Source of the DNA: Orbicella franksi
Lineage: Eukaryota
DNA length: 64,000 nucleotides
Direction: 5' to 3'
Assembly (NCBI GenBank): GCA_964199315.1
Contig: OZ116712.1
Span: 20,646,001-20,710,000 of the forward strand
Notes under the pieces: generated by a model
What the model was told of the DNA's origin: nothing
Database searches by the model: none
Seen by the model: only the letters and a program-made list of their open reading frames with translations
Made by a program: the position numbers and the translations under genes
Shown: piece after piece, positions 58,101 through 64,000 of the stretch
Layout of the letters: every line of letters starts with the position of its first letter
Position numbering within the stretch: position 1 is the first letter of the stretch

Positions 58101-61100
58101 CAAGAATCACAGGCTCGGTCTGCTTACAAGCGAGAGTTCGACCTAAAGAGGTGCCATTGCATGCCTCCCCTGTATGCTGTTCATATGCATCTTTGTTAGT
58201 TGGCTACTACGTGAAAATCGCGTGACAGAACAAACCTACTGCGCGTGCTCTTGCTGCAACTCCACAGCGCAAGCGCTGCATTTCGTGCAACTTCCAGATC
58301 TGATCCGTGGTGGCCTGGGGATTGGTTATCAGAGCTCCTTCTTCCAGTACTTCGCGTTCGTCCGTCTTCATAGTCTAGAAGACCAACCTAACAAAGGAGA
58401 AAAAATTCTTAGAATTCATTAAGTGCATAAGAGCCGCCACGAACAAAGCTCTTCTTGGAAAAGTAAAGGTGTGGTGCTCAAATTGTGCTTGAATAAAATT
58501 CTGAAGAAATTATAATTATATGTTTCCCTGGGTAGGAGTTTAGTCAATCGCTCGTTATTGCGAAGAACGTTGTTGGGGTTTGGCAAACGTTTGGCGATAC
58601 CCATTTGTACACCTTGGTGGCAAAAGGCACTGTGAGAAACCTCTCTTGCATGCCCAAAAGCATAACACGAAACATATCAATGGAAAGGCACGAGTCAGGG
58701 AAGAACGAGTCGGATGTCAAACCCTCTCCTCCTTCAGCAACCTTGAACTTTATATGGAGTCTCACCAGTTTTTGTAGCCCTCCATGTCTTTTCAGAATAT
58801 TTCTCCCTAGACTGGATTTCGCCATGTTTGCCAGGTTAGCTGCTGCTAAGCTTTGTACTTCCTGTGGACAATCGGTGATGAGGTTCACAAGGATCTGAAC
58901 CCCTAAGGAGCATAAAATGAACACCTAAATTCTCCTTTTGATCTCCATGTATTATCATAGTAATAGTTAGAAGAATTGATCTAAGTATCAAGACAACTCC
59001 CCAAGATCAATAACACTTAGCCCTCTGTACGCATTGCGAACCTATTTTTCTTGATAGCGTTCCTAAATTCTTCTGGTCTGTTTGATTGATCATGTGTTTT
59101 GTAAGGAGATGTTGTATGTACATCACTAACCTCCCATGTTGATAACTGCTCGCCTGTTGTATTTACTATTTAATGTCAACTGTTGAAGAACCTTTAAGGC
59201 ACCAACCTAAAAAGTGGATAAATTAAATCTGTATTTAGCAAAAGCAATAAATAACAAATAACTAATGATTGAAAATCAAGGCACGATTTCGTCCAGGAGG
59301 CAAAGACGCCTTTCTTTCTTGTTTAATTGGTTGAGAACTTTAGGACCCCAACAAAAATGCGCATAATGGTGCATGAGCAGTTGCTTGCTATTTGATTGGC
59401 TGAGAAATTAGGGAAAACGGCATTAAGATGTCAAAACGTTGCACGTGCAGTTGCTTGCTCTTTCATTGGCTGAAAAGTTGGGGAAACCGATGTAAAGACG
59501 TCGAGAAGTTGTTCGAGTTGTAACTTGCTCTTTGAGAATGTGAGAATGTTGTGAGCACGACCCAAAACTTTATTCTGACTACACTAACGCGAAACATTAA
59601 GTGCAAATAGTTCATTGAGGATGCGTCAGTCAGTCTTCTGATGCAGATGTATTCGGTCTTATGAGATAAACTTTACCCTTGCAAATTTCAACTATTGGTT
59701 CTAACAATTAGAACCTGTGCTACGCCAGACTCGATACACCACTAATAAGATGTGCCAAAAAATATGCGGAAAGGTTTCCTCAGCTAATGTAGCAGCACAA
59801 GACCCCGAAGAAAGGGTACAAAATCAATCAGCTAGAACACTTTCAATTATACATACAAACTGTTATAGCAAAAGTTTTATAAACAAGTGAATCACGAAAA
59901 CTGACAAACCTAGAATGACCTAAATCTCCCGCCAAATGCCTAATAGTCCCTTAACGTCCCATGACACTCCGCGAGCCTATCCATCGTGACGGCAGGATAA
60001 TAATTTCTGACTAATTTGTCCCTCAATCTTCAGAAATTACATCTGTTTATACCTGACAGGTCACGTGGTCGGTTCTGAGAATATTGACAAGGATTGTTAA
60101 TCCATTGACATCTCTGATGGCCATCTGAGTCATCTCCTGTGTTAAGTTGAAGTCCGTCAGGCCGCACAGCGTGATAACCGTGGCGACCTGGTTGCCAATC
60201 TGAAAACAGGAATTTCAAGTCAAGCTGGATTTAGAGGAACCGTTCAGAGACGTCAATACAGGACCGATTAGTGAAAAGTACCTGTTCTTACCTTTAAAAA
60301 CTTGACAAGCCTTTGTATTTGCCAATACTCGGAGGGAAGATCAGCCACGCTCTGTAAGATAAAGACAGTTGATAGAAGAGAATGGTTATTAAAACCCTAC
60401 AAAGTTCTTTGTTGTGTGTTTTTGTGTTCGTTTTTGGCCTCGACCGTGTCCTAAACACAACAGTTGTTTACTTCTGACTTTAGGAACTAATCAATAGAAA
60501 TGTTTCGGTTAAGTGATTCATGCCTAGTGTATGAGCGTAAAAATTAAGATTGTGCACAGTCGTGGACCTTTCGACATAACCCTTGCCATCTTTCTTTGCT
60601 CCTTTGATGTTTTCCGGGCTTCATAACCTTTCCCCTCTATTAACTATGATAAACATGACAACAAAGATGTAGACAGGGAAGATGGGTAGAAAAATGAAGC
60701 TTTTTTTCTCTCATCGATGGATCGCAAGCGACCCTTTACTATTTTTTAATTTTGTCCACAACTGGTTGTCTAGTTATATGATCAGCCCTTTTCGGCAAAG
60801 AAAACTCCTACTTGGCCAAGGCTTGCGTGGCATGCGTTGCGCCCTCTGGCTTTATCGCGTCTGTCAATTCTTCATTTTTTTAAATTTGCTTTTTCCATTG
60901 ATGCGTTATTTCAGAAAATTTAAACAGAATCAGTGGACTTTAGCCGATATCTATGCAAAGTGATGATTAATTCATCTATCATTTGTTGTTATTAGTTGTT
61001 TTTATTTACGTGTATTTATTATCACAACACAGCAGTTATTTCAGCTACCACTGCCGGCCGTATAGCGGGCTCACCACTTTGCCGTCCAACACTCTGTCAT

Positions 61101-64000
61101 CTTCCTCTTCGCTCTCTGTTGAACTCTCCGCCTGCTCTGTTGGAATTCTGGGAACCGTTGACCGCCTGTGGACGTTTTGCTTGTTGTTTCGGCTTGTTAC
61201 ATAGAATGATAAAAATTAAGACGGAATCCACCAGAAGTTCGAGTAACAATTAAGTGGACAAAAACCTAGTACTAAGATTATTTACATCGCATTGCAAACT
61301 TCTGTACGACTGTTATAAATATCTTCTCAAAAAATCATTTCTAGCAACACCGAATGTCGAAAACAAATGTTGAACTTTGTACGAAATACTTGAAAGTACA
61401 GGTGTAATGAAACGGAGGATGAGATTTTACCTGCGTTTGCACAATTTCTCTGATTTTTGAAATTTATTTTCTCTCGTTCCCATGGGAAATTATTTTCGGT
61501 GTTATTTCCGGCAACTATTTATATCTTTAGCTTTGAGAAAATGTATAAAGGACTGTAAAATACTTAAAATTATTCTGGTACCAGATTTTTGTCCACTAAA
61601 AACTGAAATTACTCGATTTCCTATCGGTTTTCGTCTTAATTGTGATAAAATACCAGAGCAAAAGTACCGCAAATACTGTAAGGCACATTCTGATTCTGGA
61701 TCAACTTGATCAACATTTGTATTTCAGAGAGAGATGCACGGTAGAGCACGTTTTGCCAGTTTTAACAGATACCAGTTGCATGGTGGCAATTGGCTAACTG
61801 TGTTATCTGCATTTATACAGCTATCGTTGCTGTGTGCCTGTGAAACATAGTAATTGGTGAAATTGGTGGTCAAATTTCTGGGTGGCAAAGGCACTAATGA
61901 GCTCATACATTCTATGTAAAATCTTGAGTTTTTAAACCCGCGTCGCAAAAAAGTTTTATTATACCCCTTCAACATTAAGAGTTGATATTTCTGTAGCTTG
62001 ATCACTGAGAAACTGAATCGATTATGCTGATGAGACAAATATTACAAAATACAAAAAGTAGTCACAACAAACTATAGCTCAGCTTACGGTTACAAGCACA
62101 TAGTTATATTTAGAGTTAGTACAAATCCCAAGACTTTCTTTAAGGAAAGAAAATAAAAAACGACAGACATTGCATTCATTTTCGGTGGAGAAGTTTCGTT
62201 AACTAATTGGAGGAGCAATTTATTGGGATTGAGAAGGTTAATTAGTTTACTTCATGTGTACCTTTCTTTGCGAGTTTGTTTCACTTTGGGTTGTGGCGGC
62301 TTTATAACTTCCTTCGCTTCTTCATCACTGTGACAATGGATAAAAAAATACATAAACTAGCGATAAATTGCAAATACAGATGCTTGACATCAAGGTATAG
62401 CTTGTTTTTATCCTCATTGACGAAATACTGTTATTGCTCGATTTCCATTTTTGATAAGTTTATGGACCGGGCTGTTACGAAGTTGTTATTTAATGGCCCG
62501 TTTACAACTAAGATCAAGATTCATTTTTAATTAAAATTACACGTAACAATGTTGAGCGGTCCTGTACATTATTGAGCAACTTTTCTAGAAGTCGGAGTTA
62601 ACTGTAAAACAAGAAAAGGAAACTGTATTTGTAGTACTTTTCCCAACAGACAATCCAAACACGGTGCGAGACGGCATCAATGGGAAACTAGCACTAGCAC
62701 GCCTTGCGTGCCTACCTTTCCTACAGTTATCTGCTAGCTTGAAGCGACTAACAGTCCCTTTTTACCTGTCATCTCCAGCAACAAGTCTTATGTCTTTCCA
62801 TCTCATGGAGCGCTGTCGATGATAAAGGTTTTTTTCGTTGCTAGTTTTGTTTGTTTTCTTTTGAACTTTCTTTTTGACCGGCTTTCTGTAGAGATAGGAA
62901 TCAAATGAATTAAGGATGACGTAACGATTTTTCATGTGAAATACAGATTCAATTCTTTAGGAGTCTGCTACTTATAATTGCCTGCTTGCATAATGTGTGT
63001 CTTATATTCTTGGAAAAAGGAGTGAAGCAACTTCATTAATTTACGGTAGCAAGAAGCTTGTTGGCAAAAAAACTGAAGACAACACACGAAATTATAGATT
63101 TTATACAAGTTAGACAATTAAATTTCACATATACCAAACATTTAAAGCTGAATACGTGACACTTTCTGATAGGTAACATGAAAGGGAATCCCAGTGTTGG
63201 TAAGAAAACAGATTGTTGTTTTCAAGTTAATATCTTTATTTAGGGTTTCACACCTTTCAACTTGCTTTTCTTTTTGCTTTTCATCTTCTGACTTCCCATC
63301 CTCTGGCTCGCTCTCACTCAAATATTTATCCAGGAAGGAGTTCTACGAGGAAAATACCATAGAAATCTCAGTCAAAAAGATGTGTTAATTTTTGAAGGGA
63401 GTTCCCTTCCCCGTGCTGGCAATAACAAATTGCCAGCTTGATTTGACTCATCGTTGAAGTACAATTTGCATTGACTTGTCTATTTTATAGCTTTGATTTG
63501 CCGTGTTTGAAACGACATTGAGCCTGAGGGAAACCCATACATTATGACCATTATGGCCGAGGAGCTAATTTGTTACCAAACCGTTGTGTGTATAAGCTCG
63601 TATATATATTGCAATTGTGGTTCCCTTTTCAGTGCAAAGTTTACTAGAAATTTTACATATATGTCATGACAAGTCGTTTTTTTTTTCTACTTACTTTCCT
63701 TTCCAACTTGTCCTCCTGTTGACTTGGAGTTTCTTCAATCGACTTGTCCACTCGTGCCTGTAAAATAAATATGTCTATTATCAGTATGTGCCGCGTAGGC
63801 CCTTCACGATCAAGGCATGCTCTACACGCAGTTATATTTATCATATGCATTAAAAAGTAACCATGACCATGGCAATGTACAAAAGAAACGCGAAAGCACA
63901 CTCTTTTCCATGCTGATCAAAACTGTTATTACATTGCACTTACCTCATCTTTGATGTTGCTTGATTCGTTCGGAGCATGGCTGTCATTCGTATCGCGACT
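52171..64000 (-). CDS. ODAD2: ARMC4/ODAD2-like armadillo-repeat protein (outer dynein arm docking family), 5'-partial. Exons 63944-64000+, 63695-63757, 63254-63342, 63045-63072, 62766-62812, 61075-61165, 60292-60351, 60053-60199, 59131-59206, 58766-58902, 58236-58387, 57895-58006, 57092-57202, 56431-56585, 56127-56205, 55597-55778, 55308-55371, 55140-55190, 54129-54206, 53768-53878, 52543-52764, 52171-52320.
   Basis: Family hallmark peptides recognised from memory of ARMC4: [105 protein letters not shown]....LQEAAAGC. Phases are consistent across all exons. The five 5'-most small exons are less certain, and orthology versus paralogy is unresolved. Confidence 0.82.
54534..55015. mobile_element. 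Kolobok-like TTAA element, paralog of 23543-23989
   Basis: TTAA|GGTCATTCC ... GGAATGACC|TTAA at the same intronic position, so it predates the duplication. Confidence 0.75.
57400..57630 (-). mobile_element. tRNA-derived SINE
   Basis: tRNA-like head GGTGAGAGCGCTCGCCTTCAATCAGTGTGGCCGGGACTGAATCCAGG, then a body ...TTCTCCGGTTTTCCTCCTC... Confidence 0.6.

Noticed and set aside
58590-58640. Possible extra small ARMC4-like exon ([10 protein letters not shown]) and another at ~60570-60630
   Set aside because: The flanking exons already join in phase and match the family sequence without them.

Overview
This is eukaryotic, AT-rich, intron-containing DNA, probably from an anthozoan or stony coral (inferred from the repeat families and gene types; not verified). 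The window holds an ancient-looking tandem segmental duplication: unit 1 at ~1045-26570, a 4.4-kb transposon-rich spacer, and unit 2 at ~30950-57805. The ancestral gene order was a C2H2 zinc-finger gene (-), a Sel1/TPR/MYND gene (+), a large STAND NTPase gene (-) and an ARMC4/ODAD2-like armadillo gene (-). The main find is a 4-exon, ~1620-aa NLR-like protein, present in two intact and diverged copies plus one decayed 3' fragment. Its predicted architecture is HEPN-like domain (RNEWGH motif, CXorf38/DUF4559-like), coiled coil, NB-ARC-type STAND NTPase, TPR, right-handed parallel beta-helix, MYND zinc finger and an unnamed C-terminal domain. It is the only gene of the duplicated block with two full-length open copies, and the two differ mainly in the putative sensor domains. 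Mobile DNA includes a Penelope-like element with ~400-bp inverted arms each carrying a minimal hammerhead ribozyme, TIR elements with 9-bp and TTAA target-site duplications, a RecQ-helicase remnant, SINE and LINE fragments, and long hairpin repeats. All exon models were read by hand from splice motifs and reading-frame continuity; no searches were run.
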